DNA of 64,000 bases, taken from assembly GCF_026210795.1 (NCBI RefSeq), contig NC_089434.1:806001-870000 (forward strand). The letters run 5' to 3'. Both the position numbers and the translations under genes were made by a program. The notes beneath the pieces were generated by a model. That model ran no database searches, was not told the DNA's origin, and worked only from the letters and a program-made list of their open reading frames with translations. The stretch is from Rhizophagus irregularis (Eukaryota). Numbering within the stretch: position 1 is the first letter of the stretch; each line of letters begins with the position of its first letter. Shown piece after piece: positions 14,375 through 28,051 of this stretch.

Positions 14375-17300
14375 ATGTCTTATCATATTTTTCAACATTA
14401 TATTTTTGATATTAATCTATCATCTCAACCACAATTAAATTATCAAGATAATTCTGAGAATATGCTAAGACAATTACAAAATCAATTACAAGCTCTTCAA
14501 AATGGTAATATATTAAATACTTCATACACTTCAAGATTTTCTACCATTGATAACCAAAGGTACATACCAACCAATCCTTGGATACCAAGTCAAAAGTTTA
14601 ATAAACTATTAAATACATTTGAAACAAATATATTAAATCAATTTATTTGTGCTCCTTGTGCATTTTGTGGACGCCTCATGTATCCTGAAAATGTGAATGG
14701 CTCCCTTATAATGAAAATTTTCCTTATCCCCTTTTACAAGCATATCCTGAAAAACCATTTGATTCACTATTAACATTTCATACTAGACCTCCAAATCGTA
14801 TTGCTGTATGTTTATCTTGTAAAAAACCTTCAACTAGATATGCATTTCCTTTCCTTTACCCTGTTCCTAATGAAATAAAAGCTGTACCTTTAGGCAGAAG
14901 AATGTATTTATCTCCAGTATTTATGCATTGTTCTTTAGGTAGAAATTCTGCAAACAGTGCTATATATTCAGAATATAGAACCTTAACTGGTACAATGAAT
15001 TTTTCAAAAAATACACGTTCTTTAATATTATATTCTGGAATGGTTGGCGCATATCTTGAAGATAACATGGATTTAAATTCAAATAATACTTGGTTAGATA
15101 ACACATTGGTTACAGCAGCAAACTGGTTAAAATTGCATAACCCCTTTTTAAGACCTTATTCACGTCTCTTAGATTTACCTGGCACAGATATGGCAAATCC
15201 TTTCCCTAAAGCATTTCACATACCAAATGATGATTCAGCTCCACCATTTTTACATAATGATATTATAGTCCCAAATACTAATTTTAATAATGAAGTTCAT
15301 AATGAGGACTTTCATTATACACATTTAATGGCAGGTTTTGTAAGAACACCTGAAAATACATTACTTCCTCTATCTGTGAATGATTCAAATTTAGAACCAT
15401 TGTTATTTCCTGACCTTTTTTTTGATGGCAAAGGACATTATCATGATATTATATCTAATAACAATACAGTACGTGAAGAAACATATTCTAAATACATTAA
15501 ACAAAGAGTACTTAATATTGATTCCCGATTCAGACTTCATCATAAATGGTTAGCTTGGTCATACTTACAACTTGAAAAGATTCGAAATCACCAAAATAAC
15601 CAAAGACTATGGAAACAAAAACAAACTGATAGAATACATCACCCACCAACTGCTGCTGAACTTATTCAAAGATCCTCCTATACAAATGGACATATCATTA
15701 ATGAATCTATAACTACAACATTACCTACTTTCATTCGTACTGGTGACACATACTTTCATGAAAAAGAATTACATGTAAATACAATGATATCAGAATATGG
15801 ATTACCATCGCTATTTGTTACTCTTACCATGGCAGAAAGCCATTGGACGCACTTACATAAAATCCTAAGAGTAACAGACAATCATGATACAATCCCAACC
15901 AACAGACCATTGCACACTACATTACATTTTATTCATCGTTTACAACAATTAAAAAAACATGTTTGGAAAAGTCCTGAACATTCAAGATGGGCTGAATTGA
16001 TTCACTTTTTTGAAAGAATTGAATTCCAAAATCGGGGTGCTGCACATATGCATGGTATATATTGGGTTTCAAAAACTATACAACAAATGATTTCTGAAAA
16101 TCTCATAAGATCTGATTTGCCAGATCCAAATACTGAATTTGATTTATATACAAAAGTAAAAAAACATCAAATCCATGTCTGTAGTGCAAAATGTGGAGGT
16201 CAAGCTGCGCCTGGACATACTTGTAAAAAGGGATTTCCCCGCCCTTTCTCTTTGACTACATATTATGATGAAAATACTCACAGGTATATATATAAATGTA
16301 TTAAGCCTGAAGATCAATGGGTTGTTCCATATCATCCTGAAACTTTAATGATATGGGATGCCCATATGAACATTCAGTATGTAAGTTCACGTGGATTAGC
16401 TAGATATTTATCAAAATATATATCTAAATCTGAGCCAACTCACGTTTTTAATATAAAAGAAGGTGATAAATTCAGGGAACATATAATAGCTAGAAGGCTA
16501 GGTTCAATGGAATTAATGTTTCTGATATTAGGTGAAGTGATATGTAATTCTTCATGTGCTGTTGAATATCTCACAACTGATCCACCTACAAGTAGGCAAA
16601 AAGCAATTCGTCCAATTTATTTAATTGATAATAATGATGATCCTTATTGGAAGGATCATATAGAAAAATATTTTAATCGACCATTGGGAGATGAATTTAA
16701 TAATTTAACATATCCAAATTATTTTAAACATTATGAAATAACAAAATCCCGACCAAAGACAACAATACGTCAAATTCACTCAGATTTATTAAATAATTTT
16801 GTTGTTAAAAGAACTACTCCCAGATTAGTTAGATTTCGTTATTTAAAATTACAAGATGGTGAATACTATTTTTATCAAAAATTATTGCTTGAACTTTCTT
16901 GTAGAAGTGAGGAAGAATTACTTAGCACATTTCAAACATATAGAGAACATTGGTTATTTCTCCATCCTGAATTACATGAAACAATTCAAGAAATCACACA
17001 AGAGTATTTACGAACACAACAATTAAAATTAGATGCTCAATTCAGTCAAACATTAGACACATTAGCCCTGTTCATTTCTAGATCGGACCGGATTGATCGC
17101 AAATTTGTACCCCAAAATAATTGGTTACTGATGCGGTCAGCGGTCAGTCAAGCCGATCTACAAAAATTGGTGTTTTTCCCTGATCGATTTTATAATAAAC
17201 ATAATAAACAACAACTACGTGTTTTTGCCCTATAAGCTATTATGGATATATAAACCAATCCGATCAATCAAAATTGTGCTCAATTGTAACTATGATCTGA

Positions 17301-18782
17301 TTGGTTATACATTTTTTCGGTCAATCCGATACGATCTAGAAATGAACAGGGCTATTATTAAATAATTTACAAGATATCATTCCACCTTCAACTTCAGAAC
17401 TAATTAATATACAACTTACTTCTTTACGAATCAATCCACCAATTCTTCCACAATGCTCTACTCTTAATCTTCCTAATGATCAACTACATGTACTTTCTAC
17501 TATTAAAAACATTCTAGGTCCTAAAACACAAAGAAATAAATACCCATACTTTTTTATTACAGGACCTGGTGGAACAGGAAAGTCTTTTATTATTAATTTA
17601 ATTGTTAATGATCTTAAAAATAAAAGATCAAAATACTTATTATTAGCCCCAACTGGTGTGGCGTCACAGAATATTGGAGGTCAGACAATCCATTCAGCAT
17701 TGAGAATTCGTGAAATGCAAAATGGATTTCAAACCTTAGCATTTCATGATTATGAATTTTTCAAAAATTTGCAACAGATTGACACTTTAATCATAGATGA
17801 AATTTCAATGGTATCTGCCGCACTTCTTAGTTTTATTTCAGAAATGTTTTCTGTTATACAACAAACAACAATTGCATTTGGAGGATTAAATGTAATTATA
17901 GTTGGAGATTTGGCACAATTACCTCCAGTAACTGGATTGCCTGTATACAAGTCATCAGAATGGAAAATGTTCTATCCATTATTCTTGAAAGAGCCACAAC
18001 GTCAAGGTCAAGATCCACGATATTTCAATGCATTACAAGAGATTAGAATGGGCAAAATGACTCTAAACACTTGGAATTTCTTATATCAAAAAGCTGCAGA
18101 GTTTGACCAGAAATCACTTCACACAACACTTGATATAACAAATATTGTAGGATACAAAGAAACAGCAAACCGAATTAATAATATGATTTGCAACATGCTT
18201 CCAATTAACCAAAATAAGTTTTTAATTTATTCCGCAGTTGACTTTATTAATGGTGAATCATATAATCCTGATGAATCAAAAAAATTATTTAAAAGCAAAA
18301 CCAATTATCCTAATTATGTACGTTTACAACAAGGAATTCGAGTAATGTACCTCAAAAATGATTTAGCAGAGCATAAAATTTGTAATGGTACAATAGGTAT
18401 AATAACTGATGTTGACTTGGAAAAATTAGAAGTTAGAGTAGCATTTAGTGTAGTAGGTGGTATTGTGGATATAATCATTAAAAGAGATACTGCAACATTT
18501 TTTGTTGATGGTAAACCTTCAAGTAGATGCCAATTTCCCCTACAAAATTCATATGCTCTTACCGTTCACAAAACACAGGGTTTAACCTTATATAAAGTAT
18601 CCTTATTCTTAGATAATCAAATATTCTCAGCAGGTCAAGCATATGTCGCATTAAGTAGGTGTCCAAACTGGTCAAATGTTTATATTGCAACTTTAAATCC
18701 TTCTGCATTTATTACAGATCAATCAATGATTGAAGAATATGAGCGACTAGAACAAATAGCATCAACTCCATTACCTTTGTAA
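14375..18782 (+). CDS. Helitron RepHel (HUH Rep plus PIF1-family helicase), disrupted by a frameshift at ~14690 and a MITE
   Basis: Rep motifs PSLFVTLT, IEFQNRGAAHMHG and YLSKYISK. Helicase motifs GPGGTGKS (17563-17586), LIIDEISM, GDLAQLPPV, HKTQG and YVALSR. N-terminal CxxC pairs. Confidence 0.93.
17065..17352. mobile_element. TA-flanked MITE inserted in RepHel
   Basis: TIR GCCCTGTTCATTTCTAGATCG / CGATCTAGAAATGAACAGGGC with TA on both sides. Removing 17065-17354 fuses the Rep and helicase ORFs in frame. Confidence 0.9.
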
Positions 18783-20371
18783 ATGAATTCAATCATTGTT
18801 TTAATAAAAATTGATAACACCAAATTAAAACTAATATATAATTAATGCCCCATGTTATTTTTGTACCAAAATATATACAAATCCTATCTCTCAAAAATTC
18901 CTCTTTTATAAAGGTTAAAATCGCTAAAAATACATAAAAAATTTTTTTTCTGGGGTGACCGAGTCACCCCCAGACCCCCTTCTTAGCCTTTTTTTTTTTT
19001 TTTTATCATTTTTTATTTTTCACTTTTTATTTTATTTATTTCATTTTTATTTAATTTTCTTTCACTTCACTTTTGATTTTATTATCATTATATCATATTT
19101 CAATTAAACAAATGATAATTGCACATTAAATTATCAGTAGATTATCAGCATTACTGGCAAGGTTGTCCAGGGACGGAGTCCCTGGTGTTAGACGCATTTC
19201 TAGTTGGTAAATAAATCATCATTTATTTTAAAGAAAATTTTCTTTTTGTTAATTATATTAATATTAAGGGTTCCTTTAATGATAATTTAAATTCATTATT
19301 GATGCAGATGCGGCAGTTGCAGTACCGTTTGAACATAAACGTGACGCAGACCCAGTTTGGCGATCTACTTATAAACGTGATGCGGACGTTTGATGATATT
19401 CTTACGTAATTACAGTTTTTCCCGTTATTCATAAGCCCACTTTTGAATTCAAAATGACCAGAATATCATAGAGGAAAGAAACGATAGTCCTACCTTATTT
19501 GTTGTTTATGTAAAATATTATTTAAAAAAAAATTCTCCTATAATTTTTTAAAAATTTCGTTTAATAAAGTAATAATAATAATTTATTAGAATTACAAAAA
19601 ATTTTGTTAAAAAAATTGTGGAAATTATTGAAATTACCTTTGGGTTTATTTCCAAAAACATTCATATTCATTAATATTCTATTTTATTATTTGATTTGTA
19701 GAAATATTGTAGACAGATAAAGTTTTAATTATTAATTCATTAGTTATATATAATAAAAATCAAGTTACTCCTAAATTCTGGTTGTTCTCGACTCTCACGT
19801 ATATTTTTACTTACATACCAATTTTACAAATTTTGATAATATTAAGGCAATAACTCTAATTAATAGTGTGATAATTCAAAATTTCAATTTGATATGTCTA
19901 AGTTATGTTGGCTCTAATCCACAAAGAGATGCGATAAAATATTAGTCTGCAGGGGTAGTTTGGATACGGTAATACATAAATTTCGTGTGACATCAATGTA
20001 AGTTATATATATATTAATAAAACTTATTTTTTAAAAATAAATACAGTATATAAAATTCATTGCAAGAAATAAAATTTTTTACAAAGAAAATGAAATAAAT
20101 AAATGTATTGTTTACTTGGCATCAAATGACAATATTTTTTAAATAGATCAATCATGTATCTATAATAAATAGTTTGAATTGTTGCAACACGAGACGCGTG
20201 ATAATTGTAGCATTCATCGTCCCGTAAGCACAAATACATTTTCCCTATTAAAAAAAATTAAAAAAAGATTAAAAAAAAATTCTCAATTAAATTATTAATT
20301 TTACTGATATATTATATTTATTAGATTAAAACAGATCATGAATTTTATGGAATAACGCTTCATTGGTATCA

Positions 20372-21330
20372 TTAGCAAATCATTGTGGGTTTTTTAAGGA
20401 AGGGTGTATAACGATCATTAGAGGCGAGGTTGATAATATAAACGATGGACCTAAGTAATGTAGGGTCTGTTGATGTGTTTTTAATAAAGCCCGATATACT
20501 TAATAACCCATAGTTTTCTTCCTCTACTCTATATACTTTCCTTTTAAGGAACCACATTTGGTCATATATTGAAAGAACGCCATACCTATAGAATAAAATA
20601 GTCATGTTAAAATCTGTTAAATATAATAAAAGGAGAAATGGGATTTTTTTACCTCAAACTATTGGCACATATATAGCCATATATCTAATTTATAGGGTCA
20701 AATACAGAAATATCTTTTAAATAAACAAATGTCCCTTCTCGTCCTTTCTTCTCCTGATAGTAGAAAGAGACAATATCCTCATTTTGGGGTACTTACAAAA
20801 CCCACTTAGGTTTGCATTTCCAAGCCATGAGTAGTAACATGTTACCATTTACTACAACAAAATCTGGTTGTCTGATCATATCCTTTAAGACACGACCATC
20901 CAAAAAAAGAATGGATTGATCCAATGGTGTTAATGCATCAAATATATTAATATCTGATGCAGTCCAAATGTCCTTTTCGCAAGTGACATTCTAACCCTTA
21001 CTGAACGTTGGTTTTGTATATTTGATGTCCTCCTCTGGTTTCCATGCTCTTACTTCCTGTTCAAACCCCACCCAATTTGCGATCTCATCAGGAAATTGTT
21101 GCTCAGTGGACTTGGTACTTGAATTTGACTTATTACATAACCAGGTTCAGTATAGTTTTGCATATAACAGTCGATAAAGAGATCTCTTCTGAAAGAATTG
21201 AAGATAAAGTAACCTGAATCAAAGAAGATGATGATGATGCCCCTTCTAGTTGAAGGTGAAGAAATCTTTCTTTTTATCCATGGTTAAACATTTTCTTTAT
21301 CTACAGTTTTTTGTTTTATAGTGGAATTCT
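20372..21330 (-). pseudogene. Decayed gene with YGVLS.YDQMWFLKR motif (restriction-endonuclease-fold-like domain seen in Crinkler/kinase-associated fungal proteins)
   Basis: Frameshifted pieces FPDEIANWVGFEQEVRAW, PDFVVV and YGVLSIYDQMWFLKR, with many stops. Confidence 0.45.
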
Positions 21331-22229
21331 ATAGTAATAGTTTAGTTTAGTGAATTATACAACCATTACACAAGAATTTCATAATTTATCCACTCACCTT
21401 TTCACGCCTTTCACGTTCCTCAATTATCTTTTCAAATCATCACCGGAATGGTACAAATCTACCTGTTATATGGGAATAATGTTAGCAGTGCATCATTTTT
21501 TTATTTAGTAATAAAGGCGTATAACTGATTCCTCCTTTGGAATCAGTGGACCTTTATCAACAACAAAGTTTGGGCGCCCAAATTAAGAACACCTGGAGTG
21601 GATACCAGTATCAAACCCCAGTAATTCTCCCGATCAGCGCGGCAGGTAACCAGGAGTTGCCCACACTTGGCAAAATAAAAATAACCACACCTTCTTCTTC
21701 AGATCTTCATAATTCCTTTCTCCATGATCTTCAGCAATCAACCGGGCTCCAATTATCTAATAACGGAGGTGAAGTTATAATTTCATCTTGATAAAAAGCC
21801 AGAAATCCGCAGTATGGTGTTTTTTTTTTGTTCTCTTAAATAAGAAACAAGAACTAGAAAGGTCAAACTAGTTAGGAAATGAAGAATACAAATGAAGGAA
21901 TGTAACAAATTGACACAAGACTTACCATATGATTAATTATTGTATGGTTACATATGACCATAACTTGATTTAATTCTAGACATTTCATTTTCATTAATTA
22001 AAGCTTATAGCATCGGATAAACTATATACTGTATATTATTTATTATTGTTGTTAGTAGGAGGAGTTATTCATTTTGTAATAAACACTGTTATTAAAAGTA
22101 ATATTATAATATCAGAAAAACATTTTATTGATTCATATTAAAAGTAATATTACAATTATTAAAAGTATTTCCTTGTAAAAATTTGTTAAAATAAACTTAT
22201 ATAGACTATTGATAAACTTTTCTGTCGTA

Positions 22230-22329
22230 TATTATTAGATGATTAAACTAAATAATAGTCTAATAGCGGCACGTAGTGGCGTAGTGCCGCATTAGACTAT
22301 TTTATAGTTTAAATCATCCAATAATAATA
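22230..22329. repeat. ~100-bp foldback palindrome with GC-rich centre
   Basis: Arm ATTATTAGATGATT..AATAGTCTAATAGCGGCAC pairs with GTGCCGCATTAGACTATT..AATCATCCAATAAT. Confidence 0.75.
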
Positions 22330-24498
22330 TTATCGGTTTGACGGGACTATGAGATAACCGACCTAAATAAGTTGATTAATTGATTATATATTCATTATTA
22401 AATGAAAATGATTATCATGATGCATCAAATTATCGTATTTTTCATTTGGAAGTGAATAATCATTATACGAGGCCTGAGAGGTGTTTTATAACAACTTGAA
22501 AACAGATACAATAAATTCTTTTTAAACATAAAGAATAAAAAAAAAGGTCTATTATTTAACCATATCTGGAAATTGTACCTAGATCAATAGGCAGAGTAAC
22601 AATACATAGTATAAACATAAGCTTGTACGTTTATTTTCCGTGATACAAAGTTACGGAATAAAAATTCAATAAGCGAAAATAATTTATTTACCCAAACAAG
22701 GTTCTTTATAAAGCATGCATTCATGCGTAACCAAAAAAATCGTTTTTTAAATTAGATTTTCACCGAAAAACTTCCCGAATTTAATAGTCTAAGTTGGTAC
22801 GTCTCGTCTTTCGTATGATTCAAGTGATCGACAAATAAATCTTTGCGATTATAAACAATGACTTCAAACTCTTTCAAATGGAAAACTTTTACACCAATAC
22901 AGTATTACATAATTTGTTGTACAAATATTTAAAAAAAAAGTTCTACGAACGACTGAAAATTTTAAGGTCGTAACATAAATAAATAGGACTATAACTATAT
23001 AACATTCAAAAGAATTCTTCATAAATATTTTCTCATCATAAAAAAAAAATTACGTATCATACATATAAAAATATAAAGAGACATAAAAAAAAAAATCAAA
23101 CATATCAAACATTAATTTATTGAGATTATTTAGATTATTATAGTTTATAGATTATGATTATCAATTAAATCAACATTCTAAAGTTATCGTTATCGTCTTA
23201 TCGAATATGAAACTGCATAATCTTAAAAAAGATTTTAATATTCCGCCATATTCTTTAATCCATCTGAGTATCTGATAAGATTGTAATTAATGATTTTACT
23301 AAATATAATCACTATAATATAATCATTCAATATCTAAACATATAATAATTATAAATAATACAATTATTATTATTTCTTTATTTGATTTTGATGCACCTTA
23401 AGCCACAAATAACAAAATATTATTTGTAATTCAAAAAAATTCCAAATTTTTTATATTAGAAAAATTGTGTACCGAAAAAAACATTTTAAGAATTTACAAA
23501 GAACTTCCATATTTGGATAATTTTTTTTTTCCTCCATTTAGAAAAAATGTACCTTTATTTGGGTTTACCAAATATCTATATCTAAATGTAATTTTCGGTA
23601 CAATGCACAAAAAAAGTTTTTGAAAAAGATTTCGGAAAATTTCCAAAAAGATTTAAAAATTACGGAAATTCCTTTTTTTTTTGCATTGGAACATGTGGCC
23701 GAACATATTTAGATACGTTAATGCGAATTTCTTTAGAAGGACCAGAAAGTTCAAAAGTTCGATTATAACCGTGCATTTACTATCTGGAATAATTACTGGT
23801 ATTAAAAATTATATTTATATTATATAAATGATTACTAAAATAAAGGATTATTGGATTATTGAAAAATGTAATATATTTTTTATATTAATAAAATTTCCGA
23901 TATTGATAAAAAATTTTCACGGATTAATAAAAACCTTTCGTAAAAAACTGTAAAAACCGGCAAATTTTGAATAGATTTTGTGCTCTGGTTTACAGCATAG
24001 TAGTGAAGCAATTCTTTGTAATAAAAGTAAATAAAGTAAAATACGGGTTCGTATTTTCCGTATTGTACCATTATTTAAGATATTTCATGTGATGAGTGAC
24101 AAATGAAAGCCCAATAGAATTAATGACAATATGCACGTGTCACATTGTATCACATGATGATCAAAATAAATATTTGACTTTACAGTATCACTTGATCCTG
24201 ATCTTGTTCATTCCCTGTACCATTTTTGTTTGTTTTTTATTTGTGTAGTATCTATATTTTGATTATCTTATTGGCACATCTTAACGGTGTTGTCCGGTTA
24301 TTTTAGTAATTGCTGCGACTGAGAAATAAATAATAAAAAAAATGAATAATTAAACTAGTCTTGGTAAGTTCGCAACGATTTCTCGTGTTATTTGAAACAT
24401 AAAACAAAGGGCGCCGTTGTAATACCCAGTACAAATTCTATACAAATATAATATTCATGTATATATGTTTATATGTAAATTTCAAAAGTATGTAACGC

Positions 24499-24686
24499 CA
24501 GGTGATGTGCATTGGAAGAATCAACTCCAAACATTCCAATGCCAATAAATTTTCAATGCACATGGAAATATAATTATACATATAATGTGTTGAAAATTAT
24601 TGGAATATTGGAATCTTCCAATTCTTCCAATTCCAAGCCTTACAATTCCATTAAAGAGTCATCGAAGTTTCCAATGCACATCATTG
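24499..24686. mobile_element. Small TIR element (hAT-like MITE)
   Basis: TIR TGATGTGCATTGGAA / TTCCAATGCACATCA with an imperfect ..AACGC flanking duplication. Confidence 0.55.
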
Positions 24687-25323
24687 CTCAACGCGACTTC
24701 ATCTGTTAAAAGTTGGCGTTTATTTAGTTGCACATAATTATTATAAAAGAACGTTCCTTAAACGTTTGCTTTTGGAGGGACGCGTTGCACATTATTATTA
24801 TAAAAGAACGTTCCTTGTGAAGGATGCAGTTGTAATACTCAGTACAAATTCTCTACATCAAATGTATATAATGATACTTCATCTGTTAAATTGCACAAAA
24901 TTATTATAAAAGAAACATAAAAATCCGTCCCCTAAAACTTTCACTTCTCAATATATTTCACCTATTTTTTCATAAAAAAAAAATCGACGATTTCTATTTG
25001 TACACGGGGTGTTCAAACACGGTTTCCAAAAAAGTTACATTTTCTATGCTGATCATTTAATGTTGGGCAGAATTAAATTTAAACAAAAACAAGGAAAAAA
25101 ACAAGAATTTGTTAAATAAATCAAAATTGACATTCAAAATCAACTTTCACGCTTTAAGTATTTAAGTAAACTTGCAGAACACAAAAATACACATACCGCA
25201 TGTTCCTTTTAAATTATATATATTAAAAATTTTTTTTTTTACATAACTTTTTAATATACTCACGTGATACGTGTATGAACACCTAAAAAATTTTCAAAAA
25301 ATATATATATTTATATTTTCATT

Positions 25324-27106
25324 ATGCGAATAGTATTGATTAATACAGAAATTAATAGAGCATTTGCATCAATCAATTATGAAACTCATAAAAATATAGA
25401 CGAACAATATCAATTTATAAAACAGACTGTTCTTGCTAATGAAACTTTTACCGATGATGAAAAAACTGAAGCGATAAGAAGAATAAATAAAACTTACGAT
25501 CACAATAAAATTTTTCATAATATAGGTACAAAAAGAATTTGTGAAATTTGTAATTGTGAATGTTTAGCTACATTATATTGTGAATATTGTATTAGAAATT
25601 ATTTAGAAAAAAAATTTCCAAATTGGACATCTGGAAATAATGATATTGATAATTTAATAAAAAAATGTCAAATGGAAACACGTAGACCAGATGTTGTAAT
25701 TGAATGGATTCCATACAATAATTTACAAGATATTGAATATCTTACAAAAGGTGGATTCTCAGAAATTTATACGGCAATTTGGAACAATGGAAAATATCAA
25801 AAATGGGATTCTGAAGAACAACATTTAAAAAGATTTGGAGGACAAAAAGTGATACTTAAAAGGCTAGAACATGTTGAAAATGCAAATCAACGTTGGTTTA
25901 AAGAGGTTTGTAATTTGAAGTTATTTTAAATTAAGTAAATAATTTATTTTTTTTTATTGGTAATAAATTTTGAAAAAATACTTTATAGGCCGAATCACAT
26001 TTGACTATAAGCAGTAAATCTCCATATATTGTCCAGTGTTATGGTTTAACACGAGATCCATCAAATGGAGATTACATGCTTGTAATGAATAGAATGGATT
26101 TGAATTTAAGAGAATATTTACAGCAAAAAAATAATCAACTTACATGGAAAAAAAGAATTCATTTGGTTTATAACATAATTACCGCACTCAGACAGATTCA
26201 TAAAGAAGATGCAATTCATAGAGATTTACATTCTGGTAATATATTATTGAAACAAGTCAATCAAAGATTATTTATTAGTGATCTTGCATTTTGCGGTCCT
26301 GCAGACAAATCACCAAATGATGTATACGGAAATCTTCCCTATATAGCGCCTGAAGTTATTTCTAATAAAGGATATACTTTTAAATCTGATATTTACAGTA
26401 TTGCAATGCTAATGTGGGAAATTTCATCTGGACAACCACCTTTTAATAATTGTAAACATAATTGTTGTCTTGCAATTAGGATTATTAATGGCGAGAGACC
26501 AATAATAATTTCAAGAACTCCTTTAGAGTACGAAAATTTAATGAAACAATGTTGGGATGATGATCCATTAAAAAGACCTGACATTACAACACTTTGGGAA
26601 AAAATAAATGAAATTTATAAAAAATATCTGAATATGCCAAATGAATTAGAAGAGAATAACAATTTGGAAATAAATAAAACAAATAGTTTAAAAGAAGCAA
26701 AAGAAAGAAGTAGCATATTATTTACAAGTAGCAAAATTCGTAATTGTGAAAATTGTCCTGAACCAAGAAATGTAACAGAAGGTACTATTGCATATTAATC
26801 AATCATTATAAATATTTATAGTAATAAATTATTTTTTTTAATTTTTTATTTAAATCAATTTTTTATTTTAAATTTATTTATATATGACTAATTCATAATT
26901 ATTTTACATAATCTTTTAGCATTTCATAATGCAACAAACAACGTCTTTTCTATTCCTGATAATAGTAAGTGTTTATTAAGTCAAATAAGAATATGGCATC
27001 TTCATCTTCTAATTGTTTTTTTTTTCGCTTTTTTTAGTTAGTGATTTTGGCAAACCAAGTAATCGGGAACCAGGAATATACCAAAAAGTAAGCAACTTTT
27101 TAAAGG
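25324..27106 (+). CDS. Tyrosine-kinase-like (TKL) protein kinase of the expanded Glomeromycotina type; 3' exons uncertain
   Basis: Exons 25324-25905 and 25989-26781 join in frame. Motifs CxxC..CxxC, WTSGN..ID, EWIPY, KGGFSEIY, VILKRL, HRDLHSGNIL, DLA (at the DFG position), YIAPE and SDIYS. Confidence 0.9.
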
Positions 27107-28051
27107 TAATTATTAATTCATTTAAATTGAGTATCGTAGCGACGTAGCGTTGATGATGAATAATTGATTAAATTTGTAATTCGGGCCAAAATTATACAGG
27201 TTATTAGTGACCGCGTGATATTTAGCCAATAAATACAATTCACATAATCAATTAAACGGTAAGATATAATTGATTTTAATAACGGTTCAACAGATAGATG
27301 ATTTAGCTTTACGATAATCTAAATCGTTCAGAAGAACAAGAGATGATCATTGATATATTAAACATTTTTTTTTTTTATATTATATTATTTTGATATACTG
27401 TACATATATAGAGTAGTAAGGATCTTACAAAGTTTCTTATAGTTGTTCATTTCTTATCTAATAAATTATTCGATTTATTTTGGCTACATACACGATTTAT
27501 TTATTGTACAAATTATCATAAACATCTGAAATAATGGTTACTTACGTATTTATGACAATTATCGCATGATTATTCTATATAGAAGATTACGCCGTCAAAA
27601 AATTCTTATATTTCATCATAATCACCTAAGTGGCGTACAAATGAATCGTGAGTAAATTGAAATTGATTATTAAACGTAATTATAAATCAATTTATTTTGG
27701 GCGTATCGCTCGCACATCAACTATATTAAATTAATTTATATTATCGAAATCATCGAAATCATCGGAATATTATATAAACAAAAAGCATAATTTTTATTTA
27801 CAAAAAAAAATTCTATGTTGATAAAATAAATGTTCTAAAATTATTAAAAATTATTTTAATTCTATACAATCTATATTTTTAAGAGGAAAAGTAATTATAA
27901 AAAAATTATTATAAAAATTTTTAGCTCGTAAATTTGTTAAAATGTTTGAATAAAAATTTTTTTCACTTTAAACTTTCTTTTTAAGTTCGTGATTTTGTAA
28001 AATTGTTCGAATAAAATTGTCAAAAAAAAAAAAAAGTTCATCTATTTACTT

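Larger units (their letters stand above)
10758..19203 (+). mobile_element. Helitron, autonomous type; 5' boundary approximate
   Basis: RepHel gene present. 3' hairpin CCAGGGAC-GGA-GTCCCTGG at 19167-19185, then CTAG at 19200-19203 followed by T. Candidate 5' TC at 10758 follows an A, giving an A|T target. Confidence 0.85.
2543..19393 (+). pseudogene. Small secreted KR-DAD repeat peptide precursor (KEP-like), split by LINE and Helitron insertions
   Basis: ATG 2543 gives MNFIYLLLNFVFAIVLI, which runs into the LINE TSD and resumes at 10650 (SVEE). After the Helitron 3' end there is a donor GTAAAT at 19207. The exon at 19308-19393 encodes DAAVAVPFEH-KR-DADPVWRSTY-KR-DADV*. Confidence 0.5.

Noticed and set aside
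19269..19409. Alternative open frame GSFNDNLNSLLMQMRQLQY...
   Set aside because: Repeat differences are non-synonymous in this frame but synonymous in the KRDAD frame, and its phase does not fit the upstream exons. Disfavoured rather than excluded.
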